Under the pieces are notes generated by a model. The model ran no database searches, had not been told where the DNA came from, and saw only the letters and a program-made list of their open reading frames with translations. A stretch of DNA of 64,000 nt from an uncultured bacterium (lineage in GTDB: Bacteria; Desulfobacterota_D; UBA1144; Nemesobacterales; UBA2774), in contig CAVPJU010000010.1 in NCBI GenBank assembly GCA_963705505.1, positions 608,001 to 672,000 on the forward strand, written 5' to 3'. Below, piece after piece: positions 18,974 through 31,882 of this stretch (positions are counted from its first letter, which is position 1; each line of letters begins with the position of its first letter). A program made the position numbers and the translations under genes.

Positions 18974-19001
18974 AATCCCTCGTATAAGTTCATTCGTCTA
19001 A
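18974..19001 (+). promoter_or_regulatory. putative ECF promoter, copy 3 (DM13/GMC operon)
   Basis: AATCC-N16-CGTCTAA. Confidence 0.75.
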
Positions 19002-19079
19002 CTTAGCAAATCCAGAAGAGAGGCATGAGATATAACGAGCTTATGCCTTTTCAAAGCATAAAACGGAGGCTTTAATAAA

Positions 19080-19922
19080 ATGAGAAAGGTCATTATCGCG
19101 TTGGGAGTAATCGTAATTATTATAGCGTGGTACCTGTTCAGGCCGGAGAAGCTGTTCATAAACAAGAGCGTGAATGAAGAATTACCGAGCGCTTCCACGG
19201 AGCAGACTAATTCACCCAGGATCCTAACAGAAGGCAATTTCCACGGTGTAGCCCATGAAACGAAAGGGACTGCGGCAATCTACGAGCTCCCGGACGGGAA
19301 TCGTGTGCTTCGTCTGACAAACTTCGAAACATCAAACGGCCCCGACGTGCATGTCTTCCTGGGAGCCGCTCAGGACGCGAACGACAACGACACCGTTACA
19401 ACCGCCGGATATATAGAGCTCGGCTCGCTCAAGGGCAACGTCGGCGATCAGAACTACGAGATCCCTTCAGAGATAGACCTCGGCAAATACCATTCGGTCA
19501 CGATCTGGTGCAAACGGTTCGGCGTTAACTTCGGCACCGCGCCTCTGACAACTGCTTCCGCATCGGATTCGGGACCGGTCGGGATCTATCAAGGCAGCTT
19601 CCACGGAGTAGCCCATGAAACGAAAGGGACCGCGGCGATCTACGAGCTCCCCGACGGGAATCGGGTGCTTCGCTTGACGGACTTCGAAACCTCGAACGGC
19701 CCCGACGTGCATGTCTTCTTAGGAGCCGCTCAGGACGCGAATGACAACGACACCGTCACCACTGCCGGATATATAGAGCTTGGATCACTCAAGGGCAACG
19801 TCGGCGATCAGAACTACGATATCCCTTTAGAGATAGACCTCGGGAAGTACCACTCGGTCACGATCTGGTGTAAACGGTTCGGCGTTAACTTCGGGACGGC
19901 TCCACTTGTAGCATCTAAATAA
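19080..19922 (+). CDS. membrane-anchored tandem DM13 domain protein
   Basis: G.FHG.AH.T.G...LRL..F.TSNGPD..V.L...LG.LKGN.G.QNY.IP...V.IWC.RF.V.FG.A twice. Confidence 0.92.
   Translation: MRKVIIALGVIVIIIAWYLFRPEKLFINKSVNEELPSASTEQTNSPRILTEGNFHGVAHETKGTAAIYELPDGNRVLRLTNFETSNGPDVHVFLGAAQDANDNDTVTTAGYIELGSLKGNVGDQNYEIPSEIDLGKYHSVTIWCKRFGVNFGTAPLTTASASDSGPVGIYQGSFHGVAHETKGTAAIYELPDGNRVLRLTDFETSNGPDVHVFLGAAQDANDNDTVTTAGYIELGSLKGNVGDQNYDIPLEIDLGKYHSVTIWCKRFGVNFGTAPLVASK
19231..19907 (+). repeat. internal direct duplication, 360-bp period
   Basis: ~19231-19547 vs ~19591-19907; 4 aa differences over ~105 aa. Confidence 0.92.
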
Positions 19923-19936
19923 TGGAGGCCATGAAA

Positions 19937-21487
19937 ATGTCATCTGACAAACATTACGACGTAATAATAATAGGGACAGGGGCAGGCGGCGGCACATTGG
20001 CCCACGCCCTCGCTCCCTCGGGCAAGAAAATTCTGCTCCTCGAACGGGGAGGCTACGTGCCGCGCGAGAAGGACAACTGGGACACCCGTGCCGTAAACGT
20101 CGAGGGTAAATACCAGACAAAAGAAATCTGGCACGATAAAGACGGGAAGCCCCTCCATCCGCACACGAACTACTACGTCGGCGGCAATACCAAATTCTAC
20201 GGAGCGGCCCTCTTTCGGCTTCGGAAAGAGGACTTCGGAGAGCTCAGGCATAAGGGCGGCATCTCTCCGTCATGGCCCATCTCATACGAGGAGCTCGAGC
20301 CTTACTACACAAAAGCCGAGCAGCTTTACCATGTGCACGGAAGACGCGGGGAAGACCCGACAGAGCCTCACGCGAGCGCCCCGTATCCCTACCCCCCCGT
20401 ATCCCATGAGCCCAGGATGCAGGAGCTTCATGACGACCTCGAAAGAAGCGGACTAAAGCCATTCCATGTACCCGTAGGGGTCAGGCTCGATGAGAGTAAC
20501 CCCAGGAAGAGTCCTTGCATAAGGTGCAGCACATGCGACGGTCACCCGTGCCTCGTAAACGCAAAGTCGGACGCACAGGTGCTATGTGTAGACCCCGCAC
20601 TCGAGTATGAAAACGTATCGCTCCTTACCAACTCCTATGTATCCCGCCTCGAAACGAGCCCTTCCGGACGGGAGGTATCGAAGGTTATAGTCGAGCGGAA
20701 CGGGAGCAGGGAGGAATATACCGCGGACATAGTCGTCGTATCATGCGGCGCAATCAACTCAGCGGCACTCTTACTCAGGTCGGCGAACGACAAGCATCCC
20801 CGCGGGCTCGCCAACGGCTCGGACGTCGTCGGAAGGCATTATATGGGACACGTCAATTCAATACTGATGGCATTATCGAAGAAGCCCAACCCCACGATAT
20901 TTCAGAAGACGCTCGCCCTTAACGATTACTATTTCGGCTCGGAAGATTACGAATACCCGATGGGCCACATCTCTTTTGTGGGAAAGCTCGATGCGGCTAC
21001 TCTGTCGGCGGGAGCACCCGCCATCGTACCGGGGATGACCCTGGATATTATGGCCAAGCACTCCCTCGATTTCTGGATCACGTCTGAAGACCTGCCTGAC
21101 CCGGAGAACAGGGTCACGCTCGATTCGAACGGGAACATAGTGCTGTCCTATACGCCCAACAACCAGGAGTCGCATAAACACCTGATAGCAAAGCTCAAGA
21201 GCCTCATGAACTCGATCGGCTGTCACGAGGAGCACCTTATACCAAGGAACCTCTTCATCGGACAGCAGATACCGCTTGCGGGCGTCGCACACCAGAACGG
21301 GACAATACGTTTCGGCAAAGACCCGGCGTCATCGGCTCTCGATGAAAACTGCAAGGCGCACGAACTCGAGAACCTCTACGTCGTGGATGCGAGCTTCTTT
21401 CCCTCCTGCGGCGCTGTCAATCCCGCACTCACAATCATGGCGAACGCACTCCGCGTTGGGGATCACATGCTCGGAAGGATGGGATAA
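19937..21487 (+). CDS. GMC family FAD oxidoreductase
   Basis: IIGTGAGGG, LLERG, VGGNTKFYGA, CIRCSTCDGHPC, AHQNGT, NPALTI; start chosen by GGAGG spacing. Confidence 0.92.
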   Translation: MSSDKHYDVIIIGTGAGGGTLAHALAPSGKKILLLERGGYVPREKDNWDTRAVNVEGKYQTKEIWHDKDGKPLHPHTNYYVGGNTKFYGAALFRLRKEDFGELRHKGGISPSWPISYEELEPYYTKAEQLYHVHGRRGEDPTEPHASAPYPYPPVSHEPRMQELHDDLERSGLKPFHVPVGVRLDESNPRKSPCIRCSTCDGHPCLVNAKSDAQVLCVDPALEYENVSLLTNSYVSRLETSPSGREVSKVIVERNGSREEYTADIVVVSCGAINSAALLLRSANDKHPRGLANGSDVVGRHYMGHVNSILMALSKKPNPTIFQKTLALNDYYFGSEDYEYPMGHISFVGKLDAATLSAGAPAIVPGMTLDIMAKHSLDFWITSEDLPDPENRVTLDSNGNIVLSYTPNNQESHKHLIAKLKSLMNSIGCHEEHLIPRNLFIGQQIPLAGVAHQNGTIRFGKDPASSALDENCKAHELENLYVVDASFFPSCGAVNPALTIMANALRVGDHMLGRMG

Positions 21488-21508
21488 GAACGCAAGGATC
21501 AGAATCCT

Positions 21509-22549
21509 ATGAAAGCTCTCGAAACTACAAAAAGAAAATACTTCCTCGTCTGTCTGATCGTACTAATTTTCACATTTGTCGGCGGAAGAGACGCCTCCGC
21601 CGAAAATAAATCCGCCGCGCAGGCGGTGGATGCTGTGGGAATGACCGTCTCCGATATGGACAGGTCGGTCGATTTCTATACAAATGTGCTTGACTTTAAA
21701 AAGATATCGGACGCCGAAGTGTACGGCGACGACTATGAGCACTTACAAGGTATCTTCGGGCTCAGGATGAGGGTCGTCCGCATGCAGCTCGGGGACGAAA
21801 CCATAGAGCTAACGGAATACTTGACACCGAAAGGGAAGCCTTTCCCGCAGGACACAAGAAGCAACGACCGCTGGTTCCAGCACATCGCAATTGTCGTGAG
21901 CGACATGGATAAGGCGTTCGAGCATCTCAGGCGGAATAAGGTCCGGTACGCCTCTACCGCCCCTCAAACAATCCCTGCCTCGAATAAGGCCGCAGCAGGA
22001 ATAAAAGCCTTTTACTTCAGAGACCCGGACGGGCATTTCCTCGAGATAATTTATTTCCCCGCCGGAAAGGGCAATCCCAAATGGCAGGCAAACCATGATA
22101 AACTCTTTTTAGGCATAGACCATACTGCGATTGTCGTCGGGGATACCGAGGAAAGCCTTAAATTCTACCGGGATGCGCTGGGTATGAAGATAGCGGGTGA
22201 AAGCGTCAATTACGGTACGGAGCAGGAGCACCTTAATAACGTATTCGGCGCAATACTTCGAATAACGGCTTTAAAGCTCCCTTCCGGACCGGGGATAGAG
22301 TTCCTCCAATACCTCGCGCCGGGAGACGGACGTCCCGCGCCCGCGGACGAAAAGGCAAACGACATAATGCACTGGCAGACTACGATAGACGCCGAAGACC
22401 CGGCCGGGCTTGCGGAGAGTTTGAGGGACGACGGTTATTCCGTAATATCTCCGGCAGCTGTGGAGGTCCCGGGCGGGGAGCTGGGATTTAAAAAGGGGTT
22501 TATGGTCAGAGACCCCGACGGTCACGTAATGCAGGTCATCGAAAAATAA
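21509..22549 (+). CDS. secreted VOC/glyoxalase family protein
   Basis: Signal peptide; repeated MTVSDM.RS..FY, HIAIVV, RDPDGH motifs. Confidence 0.88.
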   Translation: MKALETTKRKYFLVCLIVLIFTFVGGRDASAENKSAAQAVDAVGMTVSDMDRSVDFYTNVLDFKKISDAEVYGDDYEHLQGIFGLRMRVVRMQLGDETIELTEYLTPKGKPFPQDTRSNDRWFQHIAIVVSDMDKAFEHLRRNKVRYASTAPQTIPASNKAAAGIKAFYFRDPDGHFLEIIYFPAGKGNPKWQANHDKLFLGIDHTAIVVGDTEESLKFYRDALGMKIAGESVNYGTEQEHLNNVFGAILRITALKLPSGPGIEFLQYLAPGDGRPAPADEKANDIMHWQTTIDAEDPAGLAESLRDDGYSVISPAAVEVPGGELGFKKGFMVRDPDGHVMQVIEK

Positions 22550-22570
22550 AATCCCTTCAAGGAGAAAATA

Positions 22571-23138
22571 ATGGATTCCGGGAGACCGATATTTATACCC
22601 GTAATATTGGGAACGACGAGAAAGGGCCGTATGAGCGAGCACGCGGCAAAATTCATGGCGGGTGAGCTCGCAAAGCAGAAAGATGTAGAGACCGAGATCA
22701 TCGACATACTTGACATCCCCCTCCCGAAATGACGACGCCGGTGAGCAGATAAAGGACGCGGGATTCTCGAAAACCGCAATGAAGGCAGACGCATTTGTTA
22801 TTGTGGCTCCCGAATACAACCACGGCTATCCGGGATTGTTAAAACACGCTCTCGATACGAACCTCAAGGAATATATACATAAAGCCGTAGGCATATGCGG
22901 AGTATCGGCAGGCCCATTCGGCGGCGCGAGGATGATCGAGAACATGCTGCCGGTGATGAGGGAACTCGGGCTTGTATCCATATTCTGGGACGTCAATTTC
23001 TCAAGCGTCCAGAACGCATTCGACGGAACGGGGAAGCTCCTGGATGAGGCATACGTAAGACGCGCGGAAAAATTCATAAAAGAGCTCATATGGATGGCAA
23101 AGGTGCTCAGGTACGGACGCGAGAACGTGGAAATATGA
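22571..23138 (+). CDS. NADPH-dependent FMN reductase, frameshift at ~22727
   Basis: MDSGRPIFIPVILGTTRKGRMS from ATG 22571 (not in ORF track); PEYNHGYPG.LK.ALD; one extra A joins frames. Confidence 0.85.
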
Positions 23139-23203
23139 GAACTCAATCAAGGACGTAGCGAATCCCCCCTCAAACCGGGCGGGATTAGAAAGAAGGAGGA
23201 CTT

Positions 23204-23383
23204 ATGCCGAAGAAAAAAATGAAGTGCCCCGCATGCGGAGCGGATATGAATAATCATGCCGAGAAAATCAGTTATGACACGGGCGAAGGGAAATACAAAG
23301 CCGACCCCGAATTCGGAGGGATCGTCGAAGAGGTCCATACATGCCCTAATTGCGGGTACGTTATGCTTAAGAGAGAGGACTAA
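23204..23383 (+). CDS. 59-aa CPxCG zinc-ribbon microprotein (not in ORF track)
   Basis: AGGAGG RBS; MPKKKMKCPACGADMNNHAEKISYDTGEGKYKADPEFGGIVEEVHTCPNCGYVMLKRED. Confidence 0.8.
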   Translation: MPKKKMKCPACGADMNNHAEKISYDTGEGKYKADPEFGGIVEEVHTCPNCGYVMLKRED

Positions 23384-23435
23384 GAGTGAGCAATCGGCTC
23401 ATTAAAGCGATAAACAATATAAGGAGAGGAAGAAA

Positions 23436-23630
23436 ATGTCTGAAGCCAAGAAAACAAAACCCGGAGCGGTCAGCAGGAAATCAAAAAAGAATGAGGATAT
23501 GCTCAGGGATATGATCGCAAGGAAGGCGTATGAAATATACGAGGAGAGGGGAAGAGAAGAAGGGAAAGATTTCGAGCACTGGCTCGAGGCTGAAACCAGG
23601 ATCAAGGCTGAGACTAAAAAAACCAGGTGA
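23436..23630 (+). CDS. DUF2934 domain protein
   Basis: IA.KAYEIYE.RG...G.D..HWL.AE. Confidence 0.88.
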   Translation: MSEAKKTKPGAVSRKSKKNEDMLRDMIARKAYEIYEERGREEGKDFEHWLEAETRIKAETKKTR

Positions 23631-23741
23631 ACCGGACCCGGAAGTAGTCCGATCGGTATCAGTCGGGTAACCGAGGTGAATAATTGCACGAGCGATCGGT
23701 TGAGGACCGGTAATATTTGAATGCAGGGAGGGGGTAAACTT

Positions 23742-24089
23742 ATGAGCGTTCTTAAGATCACACTTTATCCGGTGGATTTTGAAACACCCTTCAGTCTGGG
23801 GGACTGTGTTATGTCGATCGCGCTGCTTTCAAAAGAAAGAGGACTGAGCTATGAGCTCAATTCGTCAGGGGCAGTTATCGAGGGCGATAGTCTATCCATC
23901 CTCGATTTCCTCAAGCAGCTTAAGAACGAGGCCCTGGGGAAGCTTGCGGATAAGGTAGTAATGATCGTGAATTTCATTGATAACGACGAATCGGCCGGGG
24001 ACCTACCCGGGACGGAAACTATATATGCCGGCGGCATACCCCGCCCGAATCCTTCGCTCGAGGAAATGGTTCTCGATATGATCGGGTAA
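23742..24089 (+). CDS. thiamine-binding/YkoF-like small protein
   Basis: ITLYP...GLSYEL...GAVIEG resembles MTH1187/YkoF. Confidence 0.55.
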   Translation: MSVLKITLYPVDFETPFSLGDCVMSIALLSKERGLSYELNSSGAVIEGDSLSILDFLKQLKNEALGKLADKVVMIVNFIDNDESAGDLPGTETIYAGGIPRPNPSLEEMVLDMIG

Positions 24090-24136
24090 TAAAAGTCTTT
24101 TAATATATCGACGGTAATCTTCGACAGGAGCAACAA

Positions 24137-26834
24137 ATGACGAAAGAAGAAAAAAGGCTTGATGAGGACAGGGAGAAAAAAGGACACTGGAGGAGATGGG
24201 GGCCTTACTTAAGCGAGAGGCAGTGGGGAACGGTGAGGGAGGACTACAGCCCATACGGGACCGCATGGGATTATTTCTCTCATGAACTCGCCCGCTCGAG
24301 GGCGTACAGATGGGGAGAGGACGGAATCGGGGGTATTTCAGACAACCACCAGAGGCTCTGCTTCGCGTTAGCCCTGTGGAACGGAAAAGACCAGATACTG
24401 AAAGAGAGATTATTCGGACTCACGGGCAGCGAGGGGAACCACGGGGAAGACGTAAAGGAATACTATTTTTATCTGGACAACACACCCGTGCATTCCTACA
24501 TGAAATACCTGTACAAATATCCGCAGGAGGCTTATCCATACTCGGAGCTCGTCGAAGAGAACAGGCGGAGGGGCAAGCACGAGCTCGAATACGAGCTCAT
24601 AAATACGGGCGTGTTTGACGGCAACCGCTATTTCGACGTCTTCATCGAGTATGCGAAGGCATCGCCCGACGATATGCTCATTAAGATAACGGCAGTTAAC
24701 AGGGGCGGGCAAAGGGCTTCGCTCCACATGCTTCCGACGCTCTGGTTCCGCAATACCTGGTCATGGAACGGAGGGCAAAGACCTTCTTTAAGTACAGCGG
24801 GGTCGGATAAAACCCACAAGCTCGTCGAAGCGAATCACCACTCCCTGGGAAAGAGGTGGCTGTATATAGAGGACCCGGACGATCTGCTCTTTACCGAAAA
24901 CGAGACCAATTCGGAAAAGCTTTTCGGGATTAAAAACGCCTCTCCCTATGTCAAGGACAGCATCAACGACTACATCGTGGACGGAAAAAAAGAAGCCGTT
25001 AACCCGGCGGGGACAGGCACGAAAATGTCCGCTCATTACGTGCTGGAGATTCCGGGCGGCGGGACAAAGACAGTGAGGCTCCGCCTGACCGATTCTGGAA
25101 AACTGACCTCACCCTTCGGCGCGGAATTCGATACCGTATTCGAAGACCGGAAGCGGGAGGCCGACGAGTTCTACGCGAACATCAACCCCTTCAACACGAG
25201 TGAGGAAATGAAAGCAGTCCAGAGACAGGCTTTCGCAGGGATGCTGTGGACAAAACAGTTCTATTACTATGTCATAGAGGACTGGCTCAAGGGAGACCCC
25301 AAGCACCCCTCCCCTCCCGGCGAACGAAGGAAGGGCAGGAACCGCGAATGGACGCACCTCTATAACGACGACATACTTTCTATGCCCGACAAATGGGAGT
25401 ACCCGTGGTTTGCAGCCTGGGACCTCGCGTTTCATACGATACCGCTCGCGATGATAGACCCCGAATTCGCCAAGCGTCAGCTCACTCTCCTGACGAGGGA
25501 GTGGTACATGCATCCCAACGGCCAGATACCGGCCTACGAGTGGGCGTTCGGAGACGTGAATCCTCCCGTTCACGCCTGGGCCGCGTGGAGAGTTTACAAT
25601 ATCGAAAAGAAGATGTACGGCAGAAAGGACTTTCGCTTCCTCGAGAGCGTGTTCCAGAAGCTCCTCCTGAATTTCACGTGGTGGGTAAACAGGAAAGACA
25701 GGGAAGGGAGGAACGTATTCGAGGGAGGGTTCCTCGGACTCGACAACATAGGCGTATTCGACAGGAGCGCCCAGCTCCCGACGGGCGGGCATATCGAGCA
25801 GGCGGACTGCACGAGCTGGATGGGGATGTACTGCCTCAATATGCTTGCAATTGCGCTCGAGCTCGCTAAAGAAAATCCGAGCTACGAGGACATAGCCAGC
25901 AAGTTTTACGAGCACTTCCTTTACATAGCGAAAGCCATGAATCTGCTCGGAGGCGATATGGACGGGCTCTGGAATGAAGAAGACGGGTTTTACTATGACG
26001 TGCTCCACCTGCCCTGACGGCAAGCATATCCCAATGAAGGTCCGCTCGATGGTCGGCCTTATCCCGCTCTTCGCTATCCAGACACTCGAGCCTGAAATTC
26101 TGGAGCGACTGAACGGATTTAACAGCAGGCTCTCATGGTTTATAGAGAACCGTCCCGATCTGAAGGAAAATGTCGCCTGCATGAAAACGACGGGTATGAA
26201 TGAGAGAAGGCTGCTCTCGATAGTCGGTAAGGAAAAGCTCACGAGCATACTCAGGAAGATGCTCGATGAAAACGAGTTCTTAAGCCCCTACGGAATCCGG
26301 GCGATCTCGAGGTTCCACAAAGACAACCCCTACAAGTTTAATGTAAACGGCAACGAGTACAGGGTCGATTACGAGCCTGCCGAGTCCACGAGCGGTCTCT
26401 TCGGCGGGAACTCCAACTGGCGCGGTCCGGTCTGGTTCCCTGTCAATTTCCTCATTATAGAATCCTTACAGAAGTTCCACTATTACCTGGGAGACGATTT
26501 TAAGGTCGAGTGTCCGACCGGCTCCGGCAAGTACATGACACTCTGGGAGACCGCGGCTGAGATTTCCCGCAGGCTTACGCGCATATTCATTAAAGACGAA
26601 GAGGGAAGAAGGCCCGTGTTCGGAGGGACAGAGATGTTCCAGACAGACCCGGAATGGAGGGACTATATACCCTTCCACGAATATTTCCACGGGGACAACG
26701 GCGCTGGAGTGGGAGCGAGCCACCAGACCGGCTGGACCGGATTAGTAGCCAAGCTCATTCAGCAAACCGGGGAGTATTCACTGCTGCCGGAAACAGGGAA
26801 GAAAAAGGTGTCCGGACGCTGGGACCACACTTAG
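24137..26834 (+). CDS. GH63/MGH1-like glucosidase (paralog 1), frameshift at ~26012
   Basis: [54 protein letters not shown]; one extra C joins frames. Confidence 0.88.
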
Positions 26835-26893
26835 ACTCATGATATCCGTTCTCTATTTTTTATTCCCGACAGGGCCGGGAGGTAGACTCGATT

Positions 26894-28888
26894 ATGGCAA
26901 TTGAATTCGGAAGGGAGATTTGCTGCGAGCTGGATATAGCGGAAAGAAGGGAATGGCTCGTGACGAACGGGATCGGCGGATTCGCCTCCGGCACGATCGC
27001 GGGGATGCTTACGCGCAGGTATCACGGGCTCCTGGTAGCGGCGCTCAAGCCGCCCCTCGGCAGGAACCTCCTCGTTACGAAGCTCGACGAGACGGTAAGT
27101 TATGAAGACAAGGAATATCCACTCAGCTCGAACCGCTGGGCCGACGGAACGGTCGATCCCCGGGGCTATGTCCAGATAGAGAAATTTTACCTCGACGGGA
27201 CGACCCCGGTTTGGAACTTCGCATGCGCCGACGCCCTGCTCGAAAAACGCATATGGATGGCCCGGGCTGCTAATACGACCTATGTAAGATACGAGCTTAA
27301 AAGAGCCGCGCGCCCCCTCGGTATAAGCATCAAGGCATATGTGAATTACAGGGATTACCACGGTACGACACACGCGGGCGGCTGGAGGATGAAGGTCGAA
27401 AAAGCCGGGAACGGCGTACGGATTAACGCCTATGACGGGGCGGTCCCCTTTTATATCCTCACCGATAAGGCGGACGCTGCACAATCGAACGACTGGTATT
27501 TCGGCTTCGACTTGGCTCTTGAGGAATCGAGGGGGCTCGACCACATCGAAGACCACCTCCACGCCGCGACCCTTACGTACACACTCGAAGAAGGCGATTC
27601 ATTTATCGTAGTCAGCAGCACCGAAGCGGCTCCCGAGCTCGACGGAAATAAAGCGCTCGGGCTCAAAAATAGCTACGAGGAAGGAATAATCGGAAGGTTC
27701 AGGAACAAAAGATCGACATACGCTAAAGACGGAACTCCCGAGCTAAACCATCTGGCCCTCGCCGCAGACCAGTTCGTAGTAAACAGACCTTCCGGGCAGG
27801 ATAAAGAAGGCAAGAGCGTGATCGCCGGTTATCATTGGTTCGGGGACTGGGGAAGGGACACCATGATAAGCCTTCCCGGATTGACTATTGCCACGGGCAG
27901 GCCCGAAATCGCGAAGTCGATACTCAAGACCTTCGCCCTTTACGTCGATGAGGGGATGCTCCCCAACCGCTTCCCCGACGCCGGGGAAAAACCTGAATAT
28001 AATACGGTCGATGCCACGCTCTGGTACTTCGAGGCAGTGCGCGCGTATATTGAAGACACGAAAGACAGCGCTTTTCTGGAAGAGCTCTTTCCGGTCCTGG
28101 AGAGCATTATCGACTGGCACAATAAGGGCACCCGTTACAATATCAAGACCGACCCGAAGGACGGACTTCTTTACGCAGGAGAGGAAGGCGTCCAGCTTAC
28201 ATGGATGGACGCCAAAGTGGGGGATTGGGTAGTCACCCCCCGGATCGGGAAACCCGTCGAAGTAAACGCCCTCTGGTACAACGCCCTTCATTCCATGGCG
28301 GAATTCTCGAAACTCCTGAAAAAGCCGTCAAAAAAATATGAAGCCGCGGCCGACACCGCTCTCAAGGGCTTTTTGCGCTTTTGGAACTACGAATCCGGTT
28401 ACTGCTTCGACGTTATCGACGGGCCGGGAGGGAACGACCCCTCGCTAAGACCGAACCAGCTGTTTGCCGTTTCACTGCCCGAGAGCCCCCTGGCGTCCGA
28501 TAAGCAAAAGAAAGTCGTCGAAGCCTGCGCTCTGAGCCTCCTTACCTCCCACGGACTGAGGAGCCTCTCTCCAGGCCATCCGGACTATAAAGGACGCTAC
28601 GGAGGGGACCCGAGAGCGAGGGACGGAGCGTACCATCAGGGCACCGTCTGGGGGTGGCTCCTGGGGCACTTTGCACTCGCGCACATGAGGGTGTTCGGCG
28701 ATCCTGAAAAAGCGAGAGGTTATTTAGCTCCGATGCTCGGCCAGATGCGGTCGCACGGCGTGGGCAGCCTTAGCGAAATCTTCGACGGCGACGCGCCCAT
28801 GACTCCCAGGGGATGCATCGCCCAGGCCTGGACCGTGGCCGAGGTAATACGGGCATGGACGGATATCGAGAAATATAGCGGCAAATAA
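26894..28888 (+). CDS. amylo-alpha-1,6-glucosidase (glycogen debranching enzyme, GH133-like)
   Basis: REWLVTNG.GG, AGYHWF.DWGRDT, LTWMDAK, RPNQ, YHQGTVW.W, QAW. Confidence 0.92.
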   Translation: MAIEFGREICCELDIAERREWLVTNGIGGFASGTIAGMLTRRYHGLLVAALKPPLGRNLLVTKLDETVSYEDKEYPLSSNRWADGTVDPRGYVQIEKFYLDGTTPVWNFACADALLEKRIWMARAANTTYVRYELKRAARPLGISIKAYVNYRDYHGTTHAGGWRMKVEKAGNGVRINAYDGAVPFYILTDKADAAQSNDWYFGFDLALEESRGLDHIEDHLHAATLTYTLEEGDSFIVVSSTEAAPELDGNKALGLKNSYEEGIIGRFRNKRSTYAKDGTPELNHLALAADQFVVNRPSGQDKEGKSVIAGYHWFGDWGRDTMISLPGLTIATGRPEIAKSILKTFALYVDEGMLPNRFPDAGEKPEYNTVDATLWYFEAVRAYIEDTKDSAFLEELFPVLESIIDWHNKGTRYNIKTDPKDGLLYAGEEGVQLTWMDAKVGDWVVTPRIGKPVEVNALWYNALHSMAEFSKLLKKPSKKYEAAADTALKGFLRFWNYESGYCFDVIDGPGGNDPSLRPNQLFAVSLPESPLASDKQKKVVEACALSLLTSHGLRSLSPGHPDYKGRYGGDPRARDGAYHQGTVWGWLLGHFALAHMRVFGDPEKARGYLAPMLGQMRSHGVGSLSEIFDGDAPMTPRGCIAQAWTVAEVIRAWTDIEKYSGK

Positions 28889-28919
28889 ATGTATCAAGAC
28901 AGGAAAAGCGAAGTATATC

Positions 28920-31166
<2,247 letters not shown>

Positions 31167-31331
31167 ATGTAGTTACAGGTTTCCCGTCCGTAAAAGTATT
31201 TTCCCGAGGGGTATCAAAGTCAATACAACACTAAAATATATATACATCGCTGCGGAGCGAATGGATCCACGAAGTATTTAACCGAAATGAAATCAGCAGG
31301 ACACAACCGATCCTTTACCTTAACGGAATAT

Positions 31332-31366
31332 CACGATATTTCGTAACAACCACTATATTTCATAAC
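31332..31366. promoter_or_regulatory. candidate upstream activator sites (tandem imperfect repeats)
   Basis: CACGATATTTCGTAAC (31332-47) and CACTATATTTCATAAC (31351-66), 14/16 identical, ~100-135 bp upstream of the -24 element. Confidence 0.6.
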
Positions 31367-31464
31367 CCCTCCTTAATACCCTTTAGCTGCCCACGTATTG
31401 CTATACGGCAAATAATGCAATGATATAGGAGTGTTAGAGCGCTATATCGATATTATTTTGACAT

Positions 31465-31480
31465 TGGCACAACGCTTGCA
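31465..31480 (+). promoter_or_regulatory. sigma54 (-24/-12) promoter
   Basis: TGGCAC-AACGC-TTGCA with exact GG-N10-GC spacing, facing the STAS gene and divergent from the activator. Confidence 0.88.
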
Positions 31481-31560
31481 CTTAGTAGGAACAAATGAAA
31501 TCGCAGATTAAAAAAGCAGAGACGCGAAATCCGAGGAATCAAAAAGAGGAAGGCTCATAA

Positions 31561-31860
31561 ATGCTGATGATATCGAAAATAAAGCAGGACAATGAAAACA
31601 TCACGTTGAAGTTGGACGGGAAGATCGAGGGGATGTATTTAGAGGAGCTGGAGGGGGCATGTAAATGTCACCGCGCCGGAAACAACAAAACGATAACACT
31701 GGATTTTTCGGGTGTGACCTTTATAGACGATAAGGCTTTGGAAGTACTGTCGAGGTTAAAAGACAGACGTTTAAAGATAGTCAAGTGCTCTCCCTTCATC
31801 AAGACTCTGCTGAACGAACTGGCGGACGATGAACGGGAAGAAGGTAGCGTAAAAAATTAG
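31561..31860 (+). CDS. STAS domain protein
   Basis: LKLDG.I...TLDFSGVTFID...L..L. Confidence 0.8.
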   Translation: MLMISKIKQDNENITLKLDGKIEGMYLEELEGACKCHRAGNNKTITLDFSGVTFIDDKALEVLSRLKDRRLKIVKCSPFIKTLLNELADDEREEGSVKN

Positions 31861-31882
31861 AATGCCATGCGGAGGCAACGTT

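Noticed and set aside
26005..26020. Programmed frameshift or TGA recoding in the GH63 gene
   Set aside because: The paralog is continuous at this site and breaks elsewhere; no slippery heptamer; consistent with a random indel error.
25109..26248. Long antisense ORFs (e.g. 25109..26248, 46068..46997, 54477..55307, 61806..62702)
   Set aside because: Shadow frames of well-supported opposite-strand genes with no recognisable motifs.
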